A DNA stretch of 64,000 bases from positions 256,001-320,000 of the forward strand of contig CAWJSK010000012.1 of NCBI GenBank assembly GCA_963845535.1, written 5' to 3'. Under the pieces are notes generated by a model. The model did not search any database, was not told where the DNA came from, and saw only the letters and a list, made by a program, of their open reading frames with translations. Numbering within the stretch: the first letter of the stretch is position 1; the number at the start of each line of letters is the position of its first letter. The DNA is from an uncultured Spirochaetota bacterium. Its GTDB lineage: Bacteria > Spirochaetota > Spirochaetia > SZUA-6 > Fen-1364. Of this stretch, positions 9,669-21,600 are shown one piece after another. Position numbers and translations under genes: made by a program.

Positions 9669-10712
9669 CTAGGGCAGCCTGTTGAACCACAGGAGGGAGA
9701 ATGCTCCGGCCACCAGCAGCAGGACAGCCGCCGCGGCAACGAACAGGGCCGTTATCTCGGTCTTCTCACGATCCACCATCAGGCGCGTGCTGAGGTTTTC
9801 GTATATCCTGTGCAGGTCCTCTTCGCTGCTCGCCTTCGTGTAGGTGCCGGCTGTTTTGCCCGCAATAGCCTTCAGCGTGGCCTCGTCGAGGATCACGCGA
9901 AAAGAGAAGCCCTCGAACCCGATGATCGCCCCTTCCTTGGTGCCGACCCCCACCGTGTACACGCGCACGCCGAGGTTGGCCGCCTTGTCCGCCACGTCCA
10001 GCGGGTCAGGCCCCTGGTTGCTCTGGCCGTCGCTCATCAGCACAATGACGGCGCTCTTGTAGCTCCCCGGCGGCACCGGGGGAGGCTCCTGCTGGTCGGG
10101 GGGAGGCGCGGCGGCAAGGGGATTGTTCGGGTCCGGCGGCGGCGTGTCAGTTGCGGCGGCCTGGTTCTGGTCCGGCTTCTCGAAGATCGTATCCAACGCC
10201 GCCTGCAGCCCGCTGCCAATGGCGGTGTAGCGCTCGGGATGCATCCGGTTGACCGCTGCCATGAGCTGGTCATTGTCCGTGGTGGGGGGCTGGATCAGCT
10301 CCGCGGTGCCGCTGAACGCGACAATCCCGATCCGTACGTTGCGCGGCCTTCTCTGGATGAAGATCCTCGCCGCTTCCTTCACGGCTTCCATTCGGGTGGG
10401 CTTGATGTCGGTGGCTCTCATGCTGCCGGACACGTCCATGGAAAGGATGACAATGCCCTCCTCCGAGGGAATATCCACCGTTGCGCTCGGACGCGCCAGG
10501 GCAAAGATGATCACTGCAATGCCGGCCAGGAACAGCGCCGCGGGAATGTGGCGGCGGATCCCTGGCCCCTTGCCCAGGGCGTCCTTGACGAGCGTCAGGC
10601 TGGCGTACCGCAGGGCGTATTTCTGCCTGCGCCGCTGGGCAAGCACGTACAAGCCCGCCAGGACCGGTACGAGCGCCAGCAGCCACAGCATTCCGCCCCA
10701 GATGAAGCTCAT
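9669..10712 (-). CDS. BatA-like VWA domain membrane protein
   Basis: N-terminal TM helices, MIDAS DVSGS, TAIG, LMSDG, C-terminal TM. Confidence 0.9.
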   Translation of the reverse strand: MSFIWGGMLWLLALVPVLAGLYVLAQRRRQKYALRYASLTLVKDALGKGPGIRRHIPAALFLAGIAVIIFALARPSATVDIPSEEGIVILSMDVSGSMRATDIKPTRMEAVKEAARIFIQRRPRNVRIGIVAFSGTAELIQPPTTDNDQLMAAVNRMHPERYTAIGSGLQAALDTIFEKPDQNQAAATDTPPPDPNNPLAAAPPPDQQEPPPVPPGSYKSAVIVLMSDGQSNQGPDPLDVADKAANLGVRVYTVGVGTKEGAIIGFEGFSFRVILDEATLKAIAGKTAGTYTKASSEEDLHRIYENLSTRLMVDREKTEITALFVAAAAVLLLVAGAFSLLWFNRLP

Positions 10713-10722
10713 GAGCAACCCC

Positions 10723-11724
10723 TCATAACGAAAGAGACTCTTTCACGCTGCCAGAAGCAGACGCCGGCCCGGCAGCGGGAAGCGGCGAGGTGACGGCGGC
10801 CCCTGCCACGGCGCCAGTCCGTGAAGAGGCCAAATGCTTGCGCCTCTTGCGCAGCGTGGCAAACTTGACGATCTCCGCCACGAGGTCTCCCTCCGTGGAC
10901 ACCTCGAGCCCGTCAGTGGCGCAGCGAGCCAGGGAAGCCGCGAGGTCCGCCTCCCTCTTCCGAGCGAACCCCTCGAATCGGGCCCGAAAAGCGGCGTCGT
11001 GCGTGTTGAGGAACAACTGCTGCCCTGACTCGGCGTCCTCCATGATCACCATCCCGATGTCGGGAAGGGAGAGCTCGCGCGGATCGAGAAGGCGCACGGC
11101 CACCGCCTCGTGCCGCTGGGTGAGGATGGCAAGCGGGCGTTCCCAGCCGGGGGCGCTGATGAAATCGGAAACGACGAACAGGAGCGACGGCCGCCGAACC
11201 ACGCGCGCGGCGGCTTCCAGGAGCGTGCTGAGCCGGGTCATGGGAGCGCGCGGCAGGCGCGGCTCCGAGAGCAGGTCGGCAATCAACCGAAGGACCTGCA
11301 TCCGCCCCGTCTCCGCGGGAATGACGCGGATCGCGTTCCCGTTGTAGATGAGAGCGCCCACGCGGTTGCCATGGCGCGTGAGAAGGCGCGCAAGCACGCC
11401 CACGCAATCCACCAGGAGGTGTCTCTTGCTCGTGCGGGCGGTCCCGAAGTCCATGGATGGGCTGAGGTCGAGAAGAAACCACGCCGTAAGGTCCCTATCC
11501 TCCACGCGCAGGCGTATGTAGGGGGTCTGCATCCGCGCCGTCACGTACCAGTCGATGGCCCGCACGTCATCGTTCCACTGGTACTCGCGCAGCTCCGCAA
11601 GCTCGAGACCGAACCCGCGGAACACGGTCTTGTAGCTCCCCTGGAGAAGGCCGTCCAGCCGGCGGATCACCGTCCAGTCCAGCCTCTGGAGGACCCTTTC
11701 AGGCGCCGACGCTGGAGCTGGCAT
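10723..11724 (-). CDS. DUF58 domain protein
   Basis: G.ELAELREYQWNDDVRAIDWYVTAR, LDLSPSMDFG, VSDF. Confidence 0.9.
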   Translation of the reverse strand: MPAPASAPERVLQRLDWTVIRRLDGLLQGSYKTVFRGFGLELAELREYQWNDDVRAIDWYVTARMQTPYIRLRVEDRDLTAWFLLDLSPSMDFGTARTSKRHLLVDCVGVLARLLTRHGNRVGALIYNGNAIRVIPAETGRMQVLRLIADLLSEPRLPRAPMTRLSTLLEAAARVVRRPSLLFVVSDFISAPGWERPLAILTQRHEAVAVRLLDPRELSLPDIGMVIMEDAESGQQLFLNTHDAAFRARFEGFARKREADLAASLARCATDGLEVSTEGDLVAEIVKFATLRKRRKHLASSRTGAVAGAAVTSPLPAAGPASASGSVKESLSL

Positions 11725-12754
11725 TGCCGTACACGGGCTGGGGCGACGGAACGGATTCCAGCACCCGCTGCAGGATGGCATCCGCGGACACGCCGTCGGA
11801 GAGAGCCTCATAGGAGGTCACGAGGCGATGGCGCATCACATCGAACGCGAGGTCGTCGAGGTCCTGTGGCACGGCATAGGACCTGCCCCGGATGAAAGCC
11901 AACGCCCTGGCGCCGATGACGAGGTTGATGGGCGCGCGCGGGCTTGCCCCGTACACGATATACTTGCCGATGTCGGACACCCCGAACTTCTCGGGATCCC
12001 GCGTGGCAGCGGCCAGGCGCACCGCGTGCTGGATCAGGAGCGGATCCACGAACACCTTCTGCGCCGCGCGGCGCAGCTCGATCAGTCGATCACTCGTCGT
12101 GACCGGGTTCACCGGAGGGAGGTCCGCGATCATCCTTTCGACAATGACGTACTCCTCGGTTTCCTCGGGATAATCGACGAGCACCTTCATCATGAACCTG
12201 TCCACCTGCGCCTCGGGCAGGGGGTAGGTTCCATCCGTCTCGATGGGGTTCTGCGTCGCCATGACGAGGAACGGGTCGGGCACCTTGTAGGTCTCCCCGC
12301 CGATGGTCACCTGCCGCTCCTGCATCACCTCCAGGAGCGCGCTCTGCACTTTGGCGGGCGCCCGGTTGATCTCATCCGCCAGGAGGAGGTTGGCGAACAC
12401 GGGCCCAAGCGCGGTGTAGAAATCCCCCGTCTTCTGGTTGTAGATGCGGGTCCCGACCAGGTCAGCCGGGACAAGGTCAGGGGTGAACTGAACGCGCTTG
12501 AACGTTCCCTGGATAGTCTGCGCAAGAGTCTTGATGGTCAGTGTCTTGGCAAGGCCCGGGACCCCTTCAACAAGAAGGTGCCCCTGGCACAGGACGGCCA
12601 CAAGCACGCGCTCCAGGAGGTGGTCCTGGCCCACAATGACCTTCTTGACCTCGTAGAGGATCTGCTCCATGAGACGGGCTTCGTCGGTCTGTCCCGAGCT
12701 GCCGTCCGTTGTTTCCGAAGGGGGGCCGGATCTGTACGACTCGTTGAGTTCCAT
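11699..12754 (-). CDS. moxR: MoxR-family AAA+ ATPase
   Basis: EGVPGLAKT, QFTPDLVPADLVG, DEINRAPAKVQSALLE, ATQNPIE, LPEAQVDRF. Confidence 0.93.
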   Translation of the reverse strand: MELNESYRSGPPSETTDGSSGQTDEARLMEQILYEVKKVIVGQDHLLERVLVAVLCQGHLLVEGVPGLAKTLTIKTLAQTIQGTFKRVQFTPDLVPADLVGTRIYNQKTGDFYTALGPVFANLLLADEINRAPAKVQSALLEVMQERQVTIGGETYKVPDPFLVMATQNPIETDGTYPLPEAQVDRFMMKVLVDYPEETEEYVIVERMIADLPPVNPVTTSDRLIELRRAAQKVFVDPLLIQHAVRLAAATRDPEKFGVSDIGKYIVYGASPRAPINLVIGARALAFIRGRSYAVPQDLDDLAFDVMRHRLVTSYEALSDGVSADAILQRVLESVPSPQPVYGNASSSVGA

Positions 12755-12774
12755 GGAATGAAAGCTCCTTTCAA

Positions 12775-13647
12775 TCAATACGGAAGACCGCCCATCATGC
12801 CCGCGGCGGTCTCGATGGGGATGGCGAACCCTATCCCAATGAAGACCTCCTGGGCTGTCGGGTTGAGCAGCGCGGTGACAATCCCCACAACCTCCCCGTT
12901 GCGGTTGACCAGCGGTCCGCCGGAGTTGCCCGGGTTCACCGCGGCGTCAAACTGTATGAGGTCCTTGAGCGTCGCGCCCGTTTCCTTGGAGGTGAAGGAT
13001 CGTCCCTTGCCGGAAACCACTCCGGCGGATGCAGAGTTCAGGAGCCCGAAGGGGTTGCCCACGGCAATCACCTCATCCCCCTGGCTGAGCGAAGAGGAGG
13101 CAACCAGCGTGGCGGGCTTGAGGTCGTCAGGAATGGTGTTTGCGCGCAGGACCGCCAGGTCATTCTCCGGCTGGCGCATGACCACCTGCGCGTCCGACTC
13201 GGTGCCGTCATCCGCGAAGATGACGCGCACCCTCACCGCGTCCTTCACCACGTGGAGGCACGTGAGGATGATTCCCGTGTCCGTGATGACCACCCCCGTA
13301 CCCAGCGCTCCGCGGCCGCCCTTGCCTTCCGTGTTGACGAAAATGTCGACCAGGGAAGGGTAGATGGTCTGGTAGGCAATGGATGCGTCTGAGGGCTTGA
13401 CGGGAAGAGCCTGGAGCGTGCGGCCCACGGCCGCGTCTATGTCCCTCTGCGTAAGCCGCTGAGGAGGCGGTTTGAGGGCGTCGTAGATGAGGATGGCCGC
13501 AACCACCAGGACGACATTGGCCGCAATAATGATGAAACGGCCAAACCGCGCATATATGCGTCGGAAGAACCCCTTCACGAGCTGCCAGTCTGAGGGCGGC
13601 TCGGCCGGAGGTTCCTCACGGCCTTTTTGAGGGAGGGATATGGTCAT
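12775..13647 (-). CDS. membrane-anchored trypsin-like (S1C) serine protease without PDZ
   Basis: TM helix, LTCLHVV, DLAVL, DAAVNPGNSGGPL catalytic triad. Confidence 0.88.
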   Translation of the reverse strand: MTISLPQKGREEPPAEPPSDWQLVKGFFRRIYARFGRFIIIAANVVLVVAAILIYDALKPPPQRLTQRDIDAAVGRTLQALPVKPSDASIAYQTIYPSLVDIFVNTEGKGGRGALGTGVVITDTGIILTCLHVVKDAVRVRVIFADDGTESDAQVVMRQPENDLAVLRANTIPDDLKPATLVASSSLSQGDEVIAVGNPFGLLNSASAGVVSGKGRSFTSKETGATLKDLIQFDAAVNPGNSGGPLVNRNGEVVGIVTALLNPTAQEVFIGIGFAIPIETAAGMMGGLPY

Positions 13648-13758
13648 GCGTCGCCGCTCGCCAAAGCTTCTTGACGTCCTGCGGGTAAAACGCACGCCTT
13701 TTCCCTCGTTGCCAGGGAACACCACGGTATAACTTACTGCCGGAACGGCCGGGGGGAA

Positions 13759-15233
13759 ATGATGAACGCCAGTCCCCAAGGACCCAGCGCGGTTGACTCC
13801 CTTGTCGAGACTGCCCGCGCGCGCATGGGCGTCTCCTATCTCTACCCTCTCCAGCGCTTCGTCATCTCGAACACGTTGGACGGAAAATCTCAGATCGTCG
13901 TTCTTCCCACGGGGGCGGGCAAATCCCTCTGCTTCCAGCTCCCCGCCCTGCTTCTGGGCGGACCGACGCTCGTCCTCGTTCCCCTTCTTTCCCTCATGGC
14001 TGACCAGCTTCGCAAGCTCCAGGAAACAGGCGTTGCAGCCGCGGTCCTTCGCGGTGGGTTGTCACGGCAGGAAAAGGCTGACTTGTTTCAGCGGATCCGC
14101 GAAGGCAAAGCGCCCCTCGTGTTCGCCACCCCGGAAGCCTGCCTGGTGGAATCGAACTTGTGGCAGCTTCGCTCCTGCGCGTTTCGCCACCTCGTGATCG
14201 ACGAGGCGCATTGCGTCTCGCAGTGGGGTGACAGTTTTCGTCCCGCGTATCGGGAAGTCGGCGCCCTGGCGCGCAGGCTCGCGATCCCCGTGCGGACGGC
14301 CTTCACGGCAACGGCTTCCCAGGCCGTGATCGACCGGATCAAAGAGCTGGTCTTCGGCGATGGGGACGTGAGGGTCCTGGCTGCCGCGCCAGACAGGCCG
14401 AACATCTTCTACGCCGTTTCGCCGGTCCTGTCCCTGAGCCACGCGCTGGAGGAAGATTGCGCGCGGCGCTCCCCGGCCCGTCCTTGCGTTCTTCCGCACG
14501 CGAAACGAGACGGAGATCGCGGCGCGCACCGTGCGCCGCCGCCTTGGGGACGAGCAAGTACGCTTCTACCACGCAGGGCTTTCGCGGGAAGAGCGCGGGG
14601 ACGTCGAGGAATGGTACCTGGCGAGCGCGAACGGGGCCCTTTTCGCAACGTGCGCCTACGGGATGGGGGTCGACAAGCCTGATATCAGGACGGTTGTCCA
14701 CGTTGGAGCGCCGTCCTCGGTGGAAGCGTATCTCCAGGAAACGGGGAGGGCTGGACGGGACGGGAAACCATCACGCGCGGTGCTCCTTGTGTCACGGGAG
14801 GACACGGCGTTCGTGTCCGGCCTTCCGGAGGGACGGGACCGGCAAAGCTACCAGCGGATGCTCGCGTACGCGCTCCTCTCATGGCGCCTGCCGGCGCCAG
14901 ATGCTCCTGGACCTCATTGGCGCGGAGCCGGTTGCGTGTTCGGGATGCGACGTGTGCGCCGGCGCCGAGTCGGCCGCGGCGGCAGGCGAGCGGGAGATCC
15001 TGGACTTCGCGCGGCGCCTGCCGCGCAGGTTTGCCGTGGCGCAGGCGGCGGAAATCCTTGCCGGCGCGCGCGGGCCGCGGCCGACTCGGCGCTTTCACGA
15101 CTGCGTCAAAGGGTATGGCAGCCTTGAAGGCTGGGCAAAAGAGGATGTGGAAGCGGCCATCCGCGAGCTTGTGATCCGTGGATCACTTTCGGTGACACGG
15201 CGAGGTCCCTGGAAGCACACCCTCAGGGCGTAG
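13759..15233 (+). CDS. recQ: RecQ-family DNA helicase (frameshifts near 14450 and 14875)
   Basis: LPTGAGKSLCFQ, DEAHCVSQWGDSFRP, FTATA, FYHAGL, AYGMGVDKPDIR, QETGRAGRDG, CRRQ...CSGCDVC spread over three frames. Confidence 0.88.
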
Positions 15234-15247
15234 CCTCCGAACGGCGG

Positions 15248-16208
15248 TTACGCCGGCCCGGCCAGCTCATCCACCTCGGTCGAGGTCGGAAGCGCGTTCA
15301 TCACGCCCTTCTTCCGCGCCGTGAGCGCGCCTGCGGCGTTTGCCCACCTGATGTCCCGCTGAAGCTCGGCCGCATCCATCCGCGCCAGCGCGCCGCGACG
15401 GGGAAGGACCCGCACCAGGAGCGCAGCCATGAAAGCGTCCCCGCAACCCGTGGCATCCACCGCCGCCACGGTGAACCCCGGGGCCGTGCCGGCGCCGGCC
15501 CGCGTTCCCCACGCGCTGCCCTTCGGGCCCAGTGTTGCAACGCAGAGCGCGGGGCCCTTTTCCGCGATTGTGCGGCAGCCCTTTTCGGGCTCCTCCGTGC
15601 CTGACAGAAGAAGGAGCTCAGTCTCGTTGACCTTCACGACGTCCGCCATCGCAAGGGCGGCGGCAATCTCAACCTTGGCGTGCGGCTCGGCGTCCCAGAG
15701 CCCCGGCCGGTAGTTCACGTCGAATGACACGGTTGCCCCAGTGGCGCGCGCCAGGCGCGCGGCTTCCAGCGTGGCGGCGCGGCACGGCTCCGCGGCAAGG
15801 CTGACGGAGCCGAAATGGAATATCGCGGTCCCCGCGAGCAGGTCTTTATCGAGCTCAGCCGGTTCAAGCAGCATGTCAGCGCCAGGATTGCGGTAGAAAA
15901 GCATTTCCGTGCGATTCGCATCAGGCAGGGTCATGAAGTTCAGCGTGGTACGATACTTCTTGTCGAACCGCATGCCCGCGAGTATCCACACCATAGCTGT
16001 CGAGCACCCGCTCCAGCCTGCGCCCGAAGGGATCCTCCCCTGCCTTGCCGATGAAAGCCGACTTCGCGCCCAGGCGCGCCGCCGCGACGGCAACGTTTGC
16101 GGGGGCCCCGCCGGCCACCGGAATGAAAGCCGAGACCGTAAAGAAGTCCTTCCCGGTTTCCGATCCAAACATGTCCAGAATGATCTCACCGAGGCTGACG
16201 ATATCCAT
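15248..16208 (-). CDS. PfkB-family carbohydrate kinase (fructokinase-like; frameshift near 15975)
   Basis: GGAPANVAVAAARLG, FDVNYRP, VKVNETE, VDATGCGDAF. Confidence 0.88.
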
Positions 16209-16215
16209 GGCGGCA

Positions 16216-16244
16216 ATCCTACACACGCCACCGGTTGCACACAA
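16216..16244 (-). promoter_or_regulatory. leaderless-type promoter of pfkB
   Basis: minus strand TTGTGT, 17 bp, TAGGAT, 7 nt, ATG at 16208. Confidence 0.6.
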
Positions 16245-16345
16245 GCGCCTCATATGGTAGAGTTTCCGCAAGCCCAGTTCGCATCCAAAACGACCCAAAG
16301 CAAAGAGTGCTCGCGTTGTAGCTGCCCACAGCCGAAGGAGCCTAC

Positions 16346-16804
16346 ATGGAAGAGGCGTTTCGAGCCCTCCTGGAAGAATGGAAGGCCATCAAGGGGAACG
16401 TCATCCCCCTGCTTCAGAAGACCCAGGATATCTACGGATACCTTCCCGAGGATGCAATGCGCCAGATCGCCCGGACCACCGGGAAAAGCGCCTCCGAGAT
16501 CTATGGTGTCGCCACCTTCTACGCCCAGTTCCGGTTCACCCCCATGGGGAAGCACGTCATGAAGGTCTGCCACGGAACCGCCTGCCACGTACAGGGCGCG
16601 GACTCCCTGGACACGGTGATAGAGAGCAAGCTCGGGGTGGCGCCCGGGAACAACACTGCGGACGGCAAGTTCACGATCGAGCGCGTGGCATGCCTCGGCT
16701 GCTGCTCGCTTGCCCCCGTTGTGATGATCGACGGGGAGGTCTACGGCCGGCTTACCGGCGACAAAATAGGCAAGATCGTTGCGGGAATCGGAGACAAGAA
16801 ATGA
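16346..16804 (+). CDS. NuoE/HydC-like [2Fe-2S] subunit (StnA-like)
   Basis: YGVATFYAQF, CHGTACH, CLGCCSLAP; AAGGAG SD. Confidence 0.9.
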   Translation: MEEAFRALLEEWKAIKGNVIPLLQKTQDIYGYLPEDAMRQIARTTGKSASEIYGVATFYAQFRFTPMGKHVMKVCHGTACHVQGADSLDTVIESKLGVAPGNNTADGKFTIERVACLGCCSLAPVVMIDGEVYGRLTGDKIGKIVAGIGDKK

Positions 16805-18630
16805 GCGCGCGCGCTGAAGTTGCAGTGGGGATGAGCTCCTGCGGGATTGCCTCGGGAGCTCGCGTGGTGTTCGAAACGCTGAGAAAAGACGTGGCAGACC
16901 GCGGTCTTCCCGTCGATGTCGTAGAGACTGGCTGCGTCGGCGCCTGCCACGCGGAGCCGCTTGTGGAAGTCCGCCAGGCGGACGGAAAGAAGTATCTCTA
17001 CGGAAATGTCGATGAAGCCAGGGCCCATTCGATCGTTACGGCCCACCTTGCGGGAGGCTCCCCTGTTGCTGACCTCCTGATCCCTGACGACTACACGTAC
17101 CTTGCCCGGCAGAAGCGGATCATCCTCTCCAACTGCGGCGTCATCAATCCTGAATCCATCGACCAATACACGGCGCGGGACGGGTACTCCGCGCTTCGCA
17201 AGGTCCTCGCCTCCATGACCCCGGAAGCCGTCATCGAAGAGGTGAAGAAATCAGGCCTGCGCGGCCGCGGAGGCGCCGGGTTCTCCACGGGCATGAAGTG
17301 GACCTTTGCCAGGGACTCGAAATCCGCAACGGGCAGCAAATACGTGGTCTGCAACGCGGACGAAGGTGACCCCGGAGCCTTCATGAACAGGTCCGTCCTG
17401 GAAGGGGACCCCCACGCCGTGCTCGAGGGCATGGTGATCTGCGCGTACGCCATCGGCGCCACGGAAGGGTACATCTACGTGCGCGCCGAATACCCCCTGG
17501 CCATCAAGCGGCTCCAGATAGCTCTCCGCCAGATGGAAGAACATCACCTTGTGGGAGATCGCATCCTGGGGAGCGCGTTCAGCTTCCACCTGCACATCAA
17601 GGAAGGGGCAGGCGCGTTCGTGTGCGGGGAAGAGACTGCTCTCATGGGCTCCATCGAAGGACGGCGCGGCATGCCGAGGCTCAGGCCGCCCTTCCCGGCC
17701 GTGCGCGGCCTGTGGGACTCCCCGACGAATATCAACAACGTGGAGACGTACGCAAATATCCCGCACATCCTCACCATGGGCAGCGCGGAGTTCGCGAAGG
17801 TTGGAACGGAAAAGAGCAAGGGCACCAAGGTCTTTGCGCTTGCCGGAAAGATCAAGCGCGGTGGAATGGTGGAAGTCCCCATGGGGATCAGCCTTCGGGA
17901 AGTCATCTTTGACATCGGCGGAGGCATCCAGGGGGACAAGAAGTTCAAGGCCGTCCAGATGGGCGGTCCGTCCGGCGGGTGCGTGCCGGAGAGCATGGCT
18001 GACCTCAAGATCGACTACGACTCCCTCTCCGCCTCCGGAGCCATCATGGGATCAGGCGGCATGGTAGTGATGGATGAATCCACCTGCATGGTGGACGTGG
18101 CGCGCTATTTCCTCAGCTTCGTCCAGAGCGAATCCTGCGGCAAGTGCACGTTCTGCAGGATCGGCACCAAGCGGATGCTGGAGATCCTCACGCGGATCAC
18201 CGAGGGCACGGGGGAAGAGAAGGACATCGCTGAGCTGGAAGACCTTGCCATGAAGATCAAGATGTCGTCCCTGTGCGGCCTCGGGAATACGTCACCGAAC
18301 CCGGTCCTGACAACGCTGCGCTACTTCCGCGCGGAGTACGATGACCACATCAGGAACCACCGCTGCGAGGCGAAGAAGTGCAAGGCGCTCATCCGCTACA
18401 CGGTGAACGCGGACGCGTGCACCGGGTGCATGCTGTGCGCTCGCGTGTGCCCCACCAAGGCCGCGCGCGGAGAGCGCAAGAAGCCCCACACAATCGACCA
18501 GGATGCGTGCATCAGGTGCGGACTGTGCCACGAGGCATGCAGGTTCGACGCAATAGAAATCACAACAGGTCGGGAAGCGCTCCAGACGGCGCACACGGGA
18601 GCGCCGAAGACGGCGTCGAGAGTGGTATGA
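16801..18630 (+). CDS. NuoF/HydB-like FMN/NAD-binding subunit (StnB-like)
   Basis: N-terminal thioredoxin-like Cys domain, GRGGAGF, CNADEGDPGAFM, GAGAFVCGEETAL, ESCGKCTFCRIG, C-terminal 2x[4Fe-4S]; ATGA overlap at 16801. Confidence 0.9.
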   Translation: MSARAEVAVGMSSCGIASGARVVFETLRKDVADRGLPVDVVETGCVGACHAEPLVEVRQADGKKYLYGNVDEARAHSIVTAHLAGGSPVADLLIPDDYTYLARQKRIILSNCGVINPESIDQYTARDGYSALRKVLASMTPEAVIEEVKKSGLRGRGGAGFSTGMKWTFARDSKSATGSKYVVCNADEGDPGAFMNRSVLEGDPHAVLEGMVICAYAIGATEGYIYVRAEYPLAIKRLQIALRQMEEHHLVGDRILGSAFSFHLHIKEGAGAFVCGEETALMGSIEGRRGMPRLRPPFPAVRGLWDSPTNINNVETYANIPHILTMGSAEFAKVGTEKSKGTKVFALAGKIKRGGMVEVPMGISLREVIFDIGGGIQGDKKFKAVQMGGPSGGCVPESMADLKIDYDSLSASGAIMGSGGMVVMDESTCMVDVARYFLSFVQSESCGKCTFCRIGTKRMLEILTRITEGTGEEKDIAELEDLAMKIKMSSLCGLGNTSPNPVLTTLRYFRAEYDDHIRNHRCEAKKCKALIRYTVNADACTGCMLCARVCPTKAARGERKKPHTIDQDACIRCGLCHEACRFDAIEITTGREALQTAHTGAPKTASRVV

Positions 18631-21600
18631 CGATGGGCACTGACACAATCGAGATCACTTTCGACGGCAAGAAGCTCCAGGTCCAGCCGGGGCAGACCAT
18701 CCTGGACGTTGCGGAGTCCCAGGGGGTCCGCATCCCCACACTCTGCAACGACAGGCGGCTTGATCCATACGCCTCCTGCTTTGTCTGTCTTGTGAAAGTG
18801 GAAAAGGCGAAAGGATTCGTTCCGAGCTGCGGCACACGAGTCGCTCCCGGCATGGTCATTTCCACGCAGGCACCCGAGGTCACGGCTGCGCGGCGCATGG
18901 CTTTCGAGCTGATCCTCTCCAGCCATTACGGCGACTGCAAGGCGCCTTGCTCGCTCACCTGCCCCTCCAACATCGACATCCAGGGCTACCTGGGCCTCGT
19001 TGCAAACGGGAAGCCGCAGGAAGCGCTGGACCTGATCAGGCAGGACAATCCAATGCCCGCGGTCATCGGCAGAATCTGCCCCCGACCCTGCGAGCAGAAG
19101 TGCCGAAGGAACCTCGTGGATGAACCTCTCAATATCAACGGCGTGAAGCGCTTTGTCGCTGACCTGGAGGCCCAGGCAGGAGGGATTGCGGCGCGGCCCA
19201 TGCCGAAACGCATGGGCAAGAAGGTGGCCATCATCGGCGGAGGGCCCGCGGGGCTCAGCGCTGCATGGTTCCTCAGCGAGAAGGGCGTCGATGTGACGCT
19301 CTACGAGGCCATGGAAAAAGCGGGCGGGATGCTTCGCTACGGCATCCCTGACTATCGTCTGCCGCCGGCAGTGCTTGATGGCGCCATCAGGGATATGCTC
19401 AGCCTGGGAGCCACGTTGAAGACGGGTGTGCGCCTGGGCAAGGACGTGACGGTGGAAAAGCTTCGCGCCGAGAGCGACGCCGTGGTGGTGGCAATCGGGG
19501 CCTGGAAAAGCAGGACGCTTCGCATTCCCGGGGAAGACCACCCCGCGGTGCTCTCCGGTATCGACTTCCTCCGGGACGTGAACGCGGGCAAGCCGGTGAA
19601 AGTGGGCAGGCAGGTTGCTATCGTGGGCGGAGGCAACACCGCCCTGGACGCGGCGCGCTGCTCGCTGCGCCACGGCGCCGAGAAAGTGACCATGTACTAC
19701 CGGCGCACCAGGGACGAAATGCCCGCCTCCGACGCGGAGATAGAAGAGGCCATCGAGGAAGGGATCCAGATCCAGTACCTGGCGGCCCCTGTCTCCATCC
19801 AGACTGAAGGCGGAAGCCTGAAGTCTCTCACACTCTTGAAGATGGAGCTGGGAGAGCCGGACGCCTCCGGCAGACGGCGGCCCGTTCCCGTGGAGGGATC
19901 GGAGTACAGCGTCCCCGTGGACACCATCATTTCCGCGGTCGGGCAGTTCTCCGACACGAAGCTTCTTTCAAGCCTCGAAGGCGTCGTTGACGCGAAGGGG
20001 AACGTAGCCGCGGACGTGGAGACGGGCATCACGTCGGCGCCCGGGGTCTTTGTGGCAGGGGACTTGCTGACCGGGACTGACATCGCCATTCGCGCCGTGG
20101 CAGGCGGAAAACATGCAGCCCGCGCGGTTCTTGCGTACTTCGAGGGGCGGACGTATGCCCGGCCCAAGGAGTTCCTTTCGAAGAAAGCGGACTTCAAGGA
20201 GCCTGTTTCAGCAGACTTCAAGGACACCCCGCGCGTGGCAAGGGAAAAGCCGCGCGTCATGAGCGCGGAAAAGCGGAAAAAGAGCTTTGTCGAAATCGAA
20301 TCCACCATCACCGCGGAGCAGGCCGCCGCGGAGGCCTCCCGATGCCTGGAGTGCGGCTGCCAGGACGTGCGTGACTGCGCGCTGAAGCAATACGCCACCG
20401 AGTATGATGTTTCCGCAAAGCGTTTCACCGGCGATGTTCCCATCCACCCCGTGGACAATTCCCACCCGTTGATTGCGCGGGACCCGTCCAAGTGCATTCT
20501 CTGCGGCCGCTGCGTGCGAATCTGCCTGGAGGTGCAGGGGATCGGCGTATTCGGCTACATCCACAGAGGGTTTGCGTCCGTCATTGCCCCGTCGTTCGGG
20601 ACGCCCTTCGGCAATGACACGTCGTGCATCTCCTGCGGCCAGTGCGTCTCCGCCTGCCCCGTGGGCGCCCTGACGGAGAAACTGCCCGCGCGCAAGAACG
20701 TTCCGCTTCCCGAGCGGGCGGAGGAAGGGATCTGCTCGCTGTGCTCCGTGGGGTGCGCAATCGAGTATCGTTGGCACGGGACGCTGTTCACGCGTGTCAC
20801 GGAGCGCTATGCGGCTCCCAATAATGGAAAACTGTGCAAGAAAGGGAAGTTCGGGCACGATTTCCTGAACTCTCCCGAACCGGCTCCCGTGGACCTGAAA
20901 ACCGCGCGCGCCGCGGCCCACGCTCTGCTGGCGGGCGCGCAGTCGCCTCTCATGCGCATCTCCGGGAGGCTCTCCGGTGAGACGATCGATGCCTTCCTGG
21001 ACGCGGCGGCCAGAAAGCGCATACCCGTGGTGGCGGAAGGACTGGAAGGGCTTGATCCGCGATGGGCGGACCTCGAAGCTGCCCAACCGCAACGGACTGG
21101 CAACGGCACCAAGCCCATCCGCATCCTCGTAGGGGACATCGCCGCGTCCCACAACGTCGCGTTCACGGAAGCCTTTCGGCAGCACCGGCAGGGCTCGATC
21201 GACCTCTGGATCGCCTGTCATGACGATGAGACCACGCGGAGGGCCGCCTCACGCGTGGATGCGGACCTGGCCGCGGCGCTGAATGGCGCACTGGCAAGCG
21301 ATGCGCCGGTGGAGGTAGTCGTGAGCCCGGAAAATGCGCCCCACCGAGCGCTCGAGACGCTGCTCGCCGTGCGCTCCCGGGTGCGGATTTCCCTCTACTG
21401 GAGCTCGCGAAATGCGGGCTACCTCTTCCGCCGTACAACGGGTATGAGCCGCATGGCGAAGCAACCCGACCTTCTTCTCGACGTCGGGGTGGAGGCAAGC
21501 TCGAACGGAACGAAGCGGATTGCCTGGGGAATGACGGCGGTCAAGGCTGACCTCTTCATCCCGCTTGCGCGCGAGCTGTGGCTGCGCGGCCGCTCGCACC

